Below, piece by piece: positions 6,142 through 13,606 of a DNA stretch of 31,982 nucleotides (within the stretch, counting starts at the first letter, position 1; every line of letters starts with the position of its first letter). Made by a program: the position numbers and the translations under genes. Under the pieces are notes generated by a model. It saw only the letters and a program-made list of their open reading frames with translations, was not told where the DNA came from and ran no database searches. Source of the DNA: a virus; IMG/VR virus record IMGVR_UViG_3300012013_000098, positions 1-31,982 of that record. One strand, 5' to 3'.

Positions 6142-6483
6142 TTAGTCCATTTGAAATACGTCTTCGGGTCCGAATGAACCTTCGCACACATCATTTACAT
6201 CCGAGAAGGTAAAAGATAAAGATCTAGCACCGTCGTCGAAATTTTTATTAATTTTAATGTAGCCCTTTAACTGGAGAAGATCTAGCGTAGTAGCAATATC
6301 AAAAGGTGGAATATTTAATTTATAACCCAACCACTCGTTGCTAGAAAAACAACATCTGTTTTGGATTGACCAACCGAATACGTAATTTAAAAGCATTTTT
6401 TCCATAAAGGTAAGCCCGTTTTCTCTAAAAATCCACGGGTCAATTCTCCAAAGGATTGCTGCTTCTGTTTTATCGTCTGTCAT
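6142..6483 (-). CDS. Winged-helix/HTH DNA-binding protein candidate
   Basis: 113 aa. LTFMEKMLLNYVFGW...FSSNEWLGYKLNIPPFDIATTLDLLQLKGYIKI resembles HTH_36-type wHTH domains. TAATG overlap with the upstream gene. Confidence 0.4.
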   Translation of the reverse strand: MTDDKTEAAILWRIDPWIFRENGLTFMEKMLLNYVFGWSIQNRCCFSSNEWLGYKLNIPPFDIATTLDLLQLKGYIKINKNFDDGARSLSFTFSDVNDVCEGSFGPEDVFQMD

Positions 6484-6695
6484 TATTCTGCTCCTATCAT
6501 TTTACCTAAAGTGTCCAACGAACACGCTGTCCAGATTTGGTTGTCTAATCTTACTGGATCATGTCCCAGTACAACTACATTCCCCGAAGGGGTTAACTTT
6601 ACTTCTTGAATTAACCATTCACGCCCTTCGATTGTGAGGTAAATTCCGTCAGGCTTTTCTAGCCTTTGTTTTTGTGTTCTTATTACGAATGCCAT
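6483..6695 (-). CDS. Hypothetical protein (70 aa)
   Basis: ORF preceded by the class B box (TATAG-N3-ATG). Confidence 0.5.
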   Translation of the reverse strand: MAFVIRTQKQRLEKPDGIYLTIEGREWLIQEVKLTPSGNVVVLGHDPVRLDNQIWTACSLDTLGKMIGAE

Positions 6696-6698
6696 ATA

Positions 6699-6713
6699 CT
6701 ATATATTCTTTTT
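6699..6713 (-). promoter_or_regulatory. Class B box AAAAAGAATATATAG-N3-ATG
   Basis: The 15-mer CTATATATTCTTTTT (plus strand) is identical to 7451-7465. It ends 3 nt before the ATG at 6695. Confidence 0.5.
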
Positions 6714-6735
6714 TAATTTAACCGAAAAATCTGGT

Positions 6736-7248
6736 TTAGTCTTCTTTTATTCTTTTACGAGCCCCTTTTAACCAGCTGGGGATTGTAAGGAAGTCGTAAA
6801 GTTCTTCTTTACTTATTCCCCATTTTTCCACTCGGGTCTCTATTGTTTTTAAATACAACGCAGAAGCAATTTGATAGTTTTTTTTAATTTTTGCAAGCCT
6901 TAATTGCTCCTGCTTAGATAAATTAGATTGAAATAATAAATTTTCTTTTCTTAAATCTAAAATATTACCATTAGCATATAAAAAGTGGGTGCCGGTTAAA
7001 ATTTCCCCGTGATAACATTCCCAGGCAATTTTAGTTTTAGATCCTATTTGTCTATTGATTTTTTTATTTTGCATTGTATTACCTTTACAGTTTTGCCATA
7101 ATACGAACTCTTCGTCATCATAATAAAGAACCCCTATTTGATTACATTTTATATCATAAAGAGGGTGATGAAAGAAAATTTCTTCTTCGTGGTCTTCCAA
7201 CATAGGAAACTTACTCTCGAAAAAATGTTTCGCAGGATAAACAATCAT
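6736..7248 (-). CDS. Hypothetical protein with a degenerate HNH_3-like segment
   Basis: 170 aa. IAWECYHGEILTGTHFLYANGNILDLRKENLLF resembles the HNH_3 layout (WE...G...DH-x-dGN..NN...NL) but lacks the catalytic His. Confidence 0.4.
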   Translation of the reverse strand: MIVYPAKHFFESKFPMLEDHEEEIFFHHPLYDIKCNQIGVLYYDDEEFVLWQNCKGNTMQNKKINRQIGSKTKIAWECYHGEILTGTHFLYANGNILDLRKENLLFQSNLSKQEQLRLAKIKKNYQIASALYLKTIETRVEKWGISKEELYDFLTIPSWLKGARKRIKED

Positions 7249-7249
7249 T

Positions 7250-7447
7250 TTACGGCTGGACAGTTTTCCAGGACTTGCGGGTAATAATTCTATAAATCTG
7301 AGTTTTACTAAGATTGGTTATTTCTGCTAGAGAAGCATAAGTGTATCCGCCTCCACGATATAATCCAATAATCTGTTTTACTTCTGCTAGAGTAAGTTTA
7401 GCATTTCCGTTATTTTCTCCTTCGAAATTACAATTAATCTTTTTCAT
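7250..7447 (-). CDS. Small HTH DNA-binding protein
   Basis: 65 aa. GENNGNAKLTLAEVKQIIGLYRGGGYTYASLAEITNLSKTQIYRIITRKSWK matches the HTH module often attached to phage HNH endonucleases. Preceded by the class B box. Confidence 0.55.
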   Translation of the reverse strand: MKKINCNFEGENNGNAKLTLAEVKQIIGLYRGGGYTYASLAEITNLSKTQIYRIITRKSWKTVQP

Positions 7448-7450
7448 CCT

Positions 7451-7465
7451 CTATATATTCTTTTT
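7451..7465 (-). promoter_or_regulatory. Class B box AAAAAGAATATATAG-N3-ATG
   Basis: Identical 15-mer to 6699-6713. It lies directly downstream of the terminator at 7482-7508 and 3 nt before the ATG at 7447. Confidence 0.5.
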
Positions 7466-7470
7466 CTAAA

Positions 7471-7508
7471 AACATAAAAAACCCCGGGAAGTTATGAGAA
7501 ACCCGGGG
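7471..7508 (-). terminator. Rho-independent terminator
   Basis: Minus strand reads CCCCGGG-N13-CCCGGGG (7-bp GC stem) followed by TTTTTTATGTTTTT. Confidence 0.75.
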
Positions 7509-7564
7509 AATGTAATTATGCGAACCGCCCGATAAAGAGAATGTTATCGAACTTTGTATTATAG

Positions 7565-7693
7565 TTAAGGCTTGTCTTTTTGTTTCGCCTTAGAAAAATA
7601 CCTTTCGTAAAGGTAATTCTTTAATTTTTTTTCGTTAGTCAAAGAAGACTTATAGCACTTCGATAATCTAACTTCTAAAGTTTTAATGTCCAT
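7565..7693 (-). CDS. Unlisted 42-aa Lys-rich ORF (MDIKTLEVRLSKCYKSSLTNEKKLKNYLYERYFSKAKQKDKP)
   Basis: Manual translation. Its ATG overlaps the stop of the 213-aa gene as TAATG, and the terminator follows. Too short for the ORF track. Confidence 0.3.
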   Translation of the reverse strand: MDIKTLEVRLSKCYKSSLTNEKKLKNYLYERYFSKAKQKDKP

Positions 7694-8334
7694 TAATTAG
7701 TAGGGGCTTGATAAAAATTCATTCCAAAGGGCTCGCAGCCTTCTGTGCCACCATACCAGCCAACATTCGCAGAATCACGGGTTCCAACCATAGTTCTTTT
7801 TTTCCACGCATACGGCTGTTTAGGAGTAACAAGGGACCCGAAGTAGGGGTTGCCACGCTCTGGAAGCTGTCCATCAAGAACCTGAGGCGCCACGTAGGCC
7901 TGGTAATTTCCTGGATGGAGGACCATCCATTCTATCATTCTTTTAATGTAAGTTTCCCCGGCCGACCTTACTTGTTCCATTAGAAATTTTAATTCTTCTA
8001 AAGTAACTGATTCGGAGTTTTCCGACGTTGGTGATAAAACAGACTTGTTAAAAATTTTATATTTCAAAAAAGGTAAAGCGTAAAAAAGCCCCCAATTACA
8101 AAGTGCAGACCCAATATAATTATCGAGCAGAAATTGATTATCTGCAGATACGGTATTTGTTATAACTTCGTTTTTTAATTGAATATAGTAGGTAGCCCCG
8201 ATGTAATTTTGAAGCACGATATCTTGACTTTGTAAAATATACGGAATTAGGTCAAGCGGACTTACATTATTATTTATAGAAGTAAAAGATTTTAACTTTT
8301 CTTCTGAGACCAATAAAGCTAGTTGTTGTGCCAT
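7693..8334 (-). CDS. Virion protein, possible head-tail connector/adaptor
   Basis: 213 aa immediately downstream of portal. The N-terminal pattern (VSPLDLIPYILQSQDIVLQNYIGATYY) resembles phage head-completion/adaptor families. This is a weak call. Confidence 0.35.
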   Translation of the reverse strand: MAQQLALLVSEEKLKSFTSINNNVSPLDLIPYILQSQDIVLQNYIGATYYIQLKNEVITNTVSADNQFLLDNYIGSALCNWGLFYALPFLKYKIFNKSVLSPTSENSESVTLEELKFLMEQVRSAGETYIKRMIEWMVLHPGNYQAYVAPQVLDGQLPERGNPYFGSLVTPKQPYAWKKRTMVGTRDSANVGWYGGTEGCEPFGMNFYQAPTN

Positions 8335-8336
8335 AG

Positions 8337-9512
8337 TTATTCGATTGCTGTTGTTGCTTCTTGACCTGCTACTTGATCACCTTCTTCGTTAAAAATCTTT
8401 TTAGGCTGAATAAACAGTTCCGTATCGTAGCCGTAATATAACATTAACCTGTCAAATACCTTTAATAACGTTGCTTGGTCGGGTTGAATAACGGTAGAAA
8501 CAAAGTGTTGATAAGACACAGTAATCTCGTCTGCGTTATTGGTGAACCCATTAGCTCCTAAGTCCTTAATACCCAATAGGAGGGGTGATGTAATTCTGTG
8601 TCCCGTAAGAATTCTAGAGGTAATCCTATTTTCAAGCGTGATATAGTAATCATCATTGGCGGAGTCTAAAGCCGTCACTTCTAAATTATGATCTTTATCG
8701 TCTGCGAAAGACAAGAAAAACTTGCCGGCCCCGTCAACCCCGGAAAAATTAGATGCAATTTCTTGGTAAATATCTTGGCGTTCTTCTGGTGAAGGAATAC
8801 CATTATGAAATTGTAAAACCAGGCTAGGATTTAAGCCATTCATAAGGTTCCAGTAGTGAAAACTAGATATAGATACGTCCACCTGGATATCAGTTAAACT
8901 TCCTGAATATGAAGGCATTGGGTAGTATTTCTGTCCTGGGTTATGTTTAAAGAAATACAGAATTTGGTTCGGGTATGTTGGTGCGTGTGCCGGGTCAAAA
9001 GACTTATAACCTTTAGGCTTATAAACATCTTTTTTATACTTAGTCCAGTCTGCTGAATAGTAATACCATTCAACTCTGTCTGTGTCGTAATCAATATGTC
9101 CAGAACGGATATCATTAAAGTCCATGTTAAACATGTCTATAATTTTATCGCCTGTCTGGTTCCAAATAATATTTAAAGCAAAGCCGCCGTAAATAATATA
9201 ATCTAGAGCCGCCCTGTCGAATACATCATTCCAAGACTGCATATAGTTTGCTCTTTTAAGAACGTAGTCAAGGTCGGGGTTTAACGTTTTTAGGCCTTCC
9301 CCGATTGTTGCAATATGCTTCGACACAATGCAAGAACGGTTCATAGCCGAGCCGTTATACAGCGGAGTAATTAGCGCGTTAGGATATAAGTTATCCGCTC
9401 CGTAATTTATCCAGCTCTGTCCTTTTACTTCGAAAACCCTAGCCAAAGTCGGGTCAGGAACCGCCTGGGAAAACTTTTGAAAAGAAGTTTTAGATTTAAA
9501 TTCTTTGTTCAT
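8337..9512 (-). CDS. Portal protein
   Basis: 391 aa. N-terminal WINYGADNLYPNALITPLYNGSAMNRSCIVSKHIATIGEGL and C-terminal ENRITSRILTGHRITSPLLLGI...FVSTVIQPDQATLLKVFDRL match portal family patterns. Confidence 0.65.
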   Translation of the reverse strand: MNKEFKSKTSFQKFSQAVPDPTLARVFEVKGQSWINYGADNLYPNALITPLYNGSAMNRSCIVSKHIATIGEGLKTLNPDLDYVLKRANYMQSWNDVFDRAALDYIIYGGFALNIIWNQTGDKIIDMFNMDFNDIRSGHIDYDTDRVEWYYYSADWTKYKKDVYKPKGYKSFDPAHAPTYPNQILYFFKHNPGQKYYPMPSYSGSLTDIQVDVSISSFHYWNLMNGLNPSLVLQFHNGIPSPEERQDIYQEIASNFSGVDGAGKFFLSFADDKDHNLEVTALDSANDDYYITLENRITSRILTGHRITSPLLLGIKDLGANGFTNNADEITVSYQHFVSTVIQPDQATLLKVFDRLMLYYGYDTELFIQPKKIFNEEGDQVAGQEATTAIE

Positions 9513-9518
9513 CGTCTA

Positions 9519-9545
9519 TAAGTATGAAATTAGAGAAAACTGACA
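9519..9545 (-). promoter_or_regulatory. Class C promoter-like motif TGTCA-N11-TTTCATACTTA
   Basis: Minus strand reads TTGTCAGTTTTCTCTAATTTCATACTTATAGACG then the portal ATG. Confidence 0.5.
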
Positions 9546-9572
9546 ATTGAATTTTTTGAATATTTTTTAATT

Positions 9573-9585
9573 GAATATATAGAAC
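9573..9585 (+). promoter_or_regulatory. Class B box GAATATATAG-N3-ATG on the plus strand
   Basis: TTGAATATATAGAAC then ATG at 9586. It has the same box and 3-nt spacing as the minus-strand copies. AATTGAAT is repeated at 9545-9552 and 9569-9576. Confidence 0.45.
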
Positions 9586-10482
9586 ATGATAAAAAAATCA
9601 ATTAATTTAGTTTTACATATTAACGGCGGGCTCGGTAAATGTATTATGTCCACTGCGGTTATTGCGTCTTACAAAAGAACTTTTCCTGATGCAAAGGTAA
9701 TCGTAGTGTCAGGCTACCCCGAAGTTTTCGTTAACAATCCATACGTTTATAAGAACTTTCCCTTTGCCACTCCTTACCTCTGGCAAGACTACTACGGCCA
9801 GGCGGGCTGGAAAGTATCCGCCCACGACCCCTACATGGAGGAAAGCTGGATTAAGAATGAAAATCTTCACCTTATAGATATCTGGTGTCGCATGTTAGGT
9901 GTTGATTCAGTCCAGAAGACGCCGCTGCTATACTTTGCTAGTCCAGAAGTGGACGAACTTAACACGATGATTAAAGTCGATAAGCCTCTAGTGGTTGTCC
10001 AGTCCACCGGAGGAGCAAATGCTGCTGCCCGTAGCTGGACCAGAACGCCACCGGCTGGTGAGTTCGACGAGTTCCTAGGAAGATACATGGAAACCCACTT
10101 CGTCGTCCATCTGTGCTTGCCTGAAACCCCCGTGTTGACCAACGTGCATCAGAGGGTGGATAATCTGAACCGTCGCCAGGCCTTAGCCCTAGTTTATTTT
10201 GCCGCAGAAGTTGTTGGGATTGATTCCTATGCTATGCACGCTCGTGCAGCAAACTTAGAGGCTGGGCCTAGTACAATCTTCTTCCCACTTGCCGAGTCAG
10301 TGGTAAGATTAGGTTATCCCCAATTCGTTAATTTAGTGCCCACCCCAGCAGTCCAGGACATGCTTAGAAATCACACCGACTACTTTGCAACTGTGTTTAA
10401 ATTGTCAATCGAAAATGCTGGGGAGAATTGCCCGGTACCAGTTGGAACCAAATGGTTCAACCTTGGCCCACAGACCGTTTAA
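9586..10482 (+). CDS. Glycosyltransferase family 9 (heptosyltransferase)-like protein
   Basis: 298 aa. NLVLHINGGLGKCIMSTAVIASYKRTFPDAKVIVVSGYPEVFVNNPYV, VVVQSTGGANAAARSW and ALVYFAAEVVGIDSYAMHARAA follow the GT9 layout. It is the only convincing plus-strand gene and is locally GC-rich. Confidence 0.6.
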   Translation: MIKKSINLVLHINGGLGKCIMSTAVIASYKRTFPDAKVIVVSGYPEVFVNNPYVYKNFPFATPYLWQDYYGQAGWKVSAHDPYMEESWIKNENLHLIDIWCRMLGVDSVQKTPLLYFASPEVDELNTMIKVDKPLVVVQSTGGANAAARSWTRTPPAGEFDEFLGRYMETHFVVHLCLPETPVLTNVHQRVDNLNRRQALALVYFAAEVVGIDSYAMHARAANLEAGPSTIFFPLAESVVRLGYPQFVNLVPTPAVQDMLRNHTDYFATVFKLSIENAGENCPVPVGTKWFNLGPQTV

Positions 10483-10589
10483 TGTAGTTTGCAGAACCCT
10501 TAGACTTAGACGTCTTGGTTTTGCTATGGATGCCCTTCCGCTTACGCTTGGGCTTAGCCATGAAGGCTGCTATGCTGGAAATCTTAGCT

Positions 10590-10856
10590 TTAGCCATTAC
10601 CTGGACCTGGACCTAATGGATCAGGAAAATTTACATCAAAATCTGCAGGCTGCCCTAACACTTGAGTTAGAGTTTCATCCCAGTTAATAAACCAGAAGAT
10701 TGGTAAATTTAGATTAGCCTCAGACGGAAGAACCCAGTTTTGTGTTTCGTCTTCTGCAGACTTAGGTATTCCATAGTGTTGATTGCATAACAATTTTGCG
10801 TTGTTAGCCTCCTCTTCTGTAATGTATTGATATCCAGTTATTGTCTTAGTAATCAT
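10590..10856 (-). CDS. Hypothetical protein (88 aa)
   Basis: ORF packed 2 nt after the upstream gene. No family recognised. Confidence 0.5.
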   Translation of the reverse strand: MITKTITGYQYITEEEANNAKLLCNQHYGIPKSAEDETQNWVLPSEANLNLPIFWFINWDETLTQVLGQPADFDVNFPDPLGPGPGNG

Positions 10857-10858
10857 GA

Positions 10859-11692
10859 TTAGTAGATTGAATAATATGTGTTAACGTTTGAATCTATACC
10901 TGATGCATTAGCAGACTGATCAAAATCCCAAACAATTAATTCTTGAAAATAAGCATTACATTGGGGGGCGTCTTCGGTATATTTAAACATCTGGGAATAA
11001 TTGTTGTTAATACTGTTATCCGTATTATTGGAAAGTGCAAGAGAAGAACCGTTTCTGTAAATAACAGAAGTTGATGCGGATGTAGTTGCTGCAAAAATAG
11101 TTTCGTAATTTATATTAGCAATTGAAGAATTAGGAACAGAATATTTGGTTAGCCATTGAAAATAAATGTTAGAATCTGTCCAATGGCTTAGCATCGGGGC
11201 TGCTCCTCCCGGTTTAGTTCCTCCTATACCAATCATATAATCTGAAGTTGCAGACGCTTTTTTTCCAACTAAAAGATTAGAAACTAAAGTTGTTGTAAAT
11301 GCAGTAAATTGCATAAAAGATCTACCTGAAGATGCATAAATAGCAGATTTTGTCCCAGCTGTGTAAATTGTTCCAGCAGAAACTATAGTTGCCTGTGTTG
11401 CCGCAGTGGATTGTGTAGCATTAGCCCCATTACCACTTTGATCATACCAAGTTGTTATAAAGCCATCATTTGCTCCCACAAAAGTAGTTAATGCAGAGGT
11501 ATCTAAATCTTCTCCGACAAATCCAATATTTTGTTCTGCGTTATCAGAAGATCTTCTAACTCTTATAGCATCTCCTGTATAGGAAGAAGATAATTTTCTA
11601 ACAGAATAGGCTCTTTTAGATCCCGTATAAACATCAAGGAGCAAAGTTCCGCCCGCCGGGGCCGCCATAAAAGTAAATGGTGTGTTAAACAT
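10859..11692 (-). CDS. Tail fiber/receptor-binding accessory protein with a jelly-roll (LamG/ArabFuran-catalytic-like) N-terminal region
   Basis: 277 aa. AYSVRKLSSSYTGDAIRVRRSSDNAEQNIGF...TWYDQSGNGANATQ is a motif I recognise from Bacteroidota phage and surface proteins. It follows the fiber gene. Confidence 0.4.
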   Translation of the reverse strand: MFNTPFTFMAAPAGGTLLLDVYTGSKRAYSVRKLSSSYTGDAIRVRRSSDNAEQNIGFVGEDLDTSALTTFVGANDGFITTWYDQSGNGANATQSTAATQATIVSAGTIYTAGTKSAIYASSGRSFMQFTAFTTTLVSNLLVGKKASATSDYMIGIGGTKPGGAAPMLSHWTDSNIYFQWLTKYSVPNSSIANINYETIFAATTSASTSVIYRNGSSLALSNNTDNSINNNYSQMFKYTEDAPQCNAYFQELIVWDFDQSANASGIDSNVNTYYSIY

Positions 11693-11693
11693 C

Positions 11694-13394
11694 TTAAGAG
11701 AAGTTTAGATTAGCATTACCGTAGTAGCCAGTAACTCCTGCTATGTAAACCAAAGAAACTGCGTCCGTTGCTCCGGCTGCGGTAGACAGAGTTGGAGGTG
11801 TTCCACCCGGCCAGTCAACATCTGATCCCCATGAAACCGTCTTGCCTCCTGTTCCTCCCTGAGTTACAAAGAGGGTGTAGACTGCCCCGTCGATCGGGTT
11901 AGACTTAGTTAATGTGGTGATGCTGGAAGTCAGAGTTAAAGTCTGGATGTTAGAGTTGTCCCAGTTCAAAGTTACTGAACCTCCAGTAGATCCAACTGCG
12001 TTAGTTAGAGATGCAGCCTGTCCAGTTGCTACAAGATGCTGAACAAATGCTGTGTTGGATCTGTCTGCTGTAACTGAAAGTCCCCCTAAGATAACTGTGT
12101 TGCAATAAGCAGAACCAATAATTCCGCAACGTCCTCCAAGAATAACATTATTACAAGAACTTGAACTGATTGTATGATTTGCTCCAGAATAAATTCCGCT
12201 GTATCCACTATTGCTATTTGTAATACATGATTGAACTGCTCCTATAATTACTGGAGAATATCCAGCTGAGCAAGATTCAATTGCTCCTCCTAAAAATCCG
12301 AAATAGTTCGCTCCACAAGTGAAAGAATTACCAGATCCTATAATAGTTGCATACCCATTGGTATTATTTACACAAGAATTATATGATCCGATAATAGAAG
12401 AACGGCTTCCTTGTAGAATGCAGTTTGTTAATCCTCCGATTATCGTATTATTTCCATCAGTAGAAGTAATTGAGTTGGTCGTGCAACCTCCGATGTTGAT
12501 GTCAAATGGACCAGGTGCAGTTTTAGAATTACCTATTGCGATAGAACTTAATCCTGTAGAACAAGCTGCATTACCTATTGCTATTGCGCAAGCTGCAGTA
12601 GTAACAGCTACATCTCCTATTGCTATAGAATCTACTCCTGTTGCTCTGGAAGAATTACCAATCACAACTGAGTTGCAAGCTCCAGTTCCTCCGACAGAAG
12701 AATTTCCTAAGACTACCGTGCCGGTTGCTCCTGGGAATATCTTTGGTGTATTTCCAATTGCTATTGAACAAGCTGCTCCAACAGCAGTAGTAGCAGTTCC
12801 ATCACCATTTCCTAAAGCGATAGAAGAGTTAGCGCAGTTACAAATACCATAACCAATAGCTATACCTTTGATTGCAGAAGATCCAACAACTGGTCCTATT
12901 GCAATTCCATAATCGCAACATGCTTTAGCATAGTTTCCTATTGCAAGTCCTGAATCAGAACCACAAGCAAGAGAATTTTGTCCAAGTGCAATGTTTCCTG
13001 GTCCAACTGCGCAAGCATAAGAACCGATTACAGTTGTTGATCTTGCAGGTAAACCTCCAACTTGTGAGTTAGAAATTGCTCCAGATCCAATTGCAATGTT
13101 TCCGTCATTATTTTGAACAGTAGAATTATATCCAATGGAGATAGAGGTATTACTTGTCGCTGTTGCTCCAACTGCTGTAGAAGCCAGAGAGTTAGTCTGG
13201 ACAACTGTAATTGGAGATGCTGCTCCAGCTGCTGCAATGGTGATGTCGGTTCCGTCAGAGTTTAGAGCATGCAGGGCCTTATCGGTTCCAGCATAGAGAG
13301 TTACTACTCCGACTGCCGGGGTTGCTGGTGCTGTCGCAGTAGAGATATTGACTTGTCCGCCCGTTTGGCCGACGTTGATTATTGCATTTGGCAT
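11694..13394 (-). CDS. Tail fiber with YadA-head/Hep_Hag-like repeats
   Basis: 566 aa. Many repeats of the type SIAIGxxA, NIALGQNS and GIAIGYG. The C-terminus GGKTVSWGSDVDWPGGTPPTLSTAAGATDAVSLVY is typical of phage fiber tips. Confidence 0.65.
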   Translation of the reverse strand: MPNAIINVGQTGGQVNISTATAPATPAVGVVTLYAGTDKALHALNSDGTDITIAAAGAASPITVVQTNSLASTAVGATATSNTSISIGYNSTVQNNDGNIAIGSGAISNSQVGGLPARSTTVIGSYACAVGPGNIALGQNSLACGSDSGLAIGNYAKACCDYGIAIGPVVGSSAIKGIAIGYGICNCANSSIALGNGDGTATTAVGAACSIAIGNTPKIFPGATGTVVLGNSSVGGTGACNSVVIGNSSRATGVDSIAIGDVAVTTAACAIAIGNAACSTGLSSIAIGNSKTAPGPFDINIGGCTTNSITSTDGNNTIIGGLTNCILQGSRSSIIGSYNSCVNNTNGYATIIGSGNSFTCGANYFGFLGGAIESCSAGYSPVIIGAVQSCITNSNSGYSGIYSGANHTISSSSCNNVILGGRCGIIGSAYCNTVILGGLSVTADRSNTAFVQHLVATGQAASLTNAVGSTGGSVTLNWDNSNIQTLTLTSSITTLTKSNPIDGAVYTLFVTQGGTGGKTVSWGSDVDWPGGTPPTLSTAAGATDAVSLVYIAGVTGYYGNANLNFS

Positions 13395-13396
13395 GT

Positions 13397-13603
13397 TTAT
13401 GGATTATTTTGCGTTAAGAAGAAGTTGGTATTGATGGTTAGTGTTCCCCCGTTGTTGATGGTGATAGGATCACAGTCTGTGGTGGTGTCGACTGAAACAA
13501 CATAGGTCTGCCCATTGACAATGGTACACGGGAAAGTCGGAACTGGAGCTGGTCCAGAACCAAAGATGCTTTCGCCTATGATTAGTCCAATGATGTTTAA
13601 CAT
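13397..13603 (-). CDS. Hypothetical protein (68 aa)
   Basis: ORF tightly packed within the fiber module. Confidence 0.45.
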   Translation of the reverse strand: MLNIIGLIIGESIFGSGPAPVPTFPCTIVNGQTYVVSVDTTTDCDPITINNGGTLTINTNFFLTQNNP

Positions 13604-13606
13604 AGC

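Noticed and set aside
5650-6194. ORFs 5650-5892 and 5901-6194 (minus) and 5717-5923 (plus) overlapping the sigma-like gene, plus an internal TTTCATACTTA copy at 5904-5914 that lies 11 nt upstream of the 5892 ATG
   Set aside because: Their translations are low-complexity and unlike real proteins. The motif copy lacks the TGTCA arm (TGGTA instead) and sits within the better-supported sigma-like frame.
10508-10520. AGACGTCT palindrome and CTTAGAC direct repeat in the convergent gap, as a possible bidirectional terminator
   Set aside because: The palindrome has no loop and no flanking T-tract, so it cannot form a stable terminator hairpin.
10385-10687. Plus-strand 100-aa ORF spanning the GT9 3' end and the convergent gap
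   Set aside because: It overlaps the 3' end of the GT9-like gene in another frame and runs antisense into the 88-aa gene. It has no start context or motif support.
12319-12852. Plus-strand 177-aa ORF inside the fiber gene (and the minus-strand alternative frame at 13028-13237)
   Set aside because: It is the antisense or alternative-frame product of a repetitive Gly/Ala/Ile-coding region. Such repeats keep other frames open by composition alone.
11694-13394. Periodic repeats that might suggest a CRISPR-like or satellite array
   Set aside because: The repeats are degenerate, in frame and translate into the YadA-like fiber motif. There is no repeat-spacer architecture.
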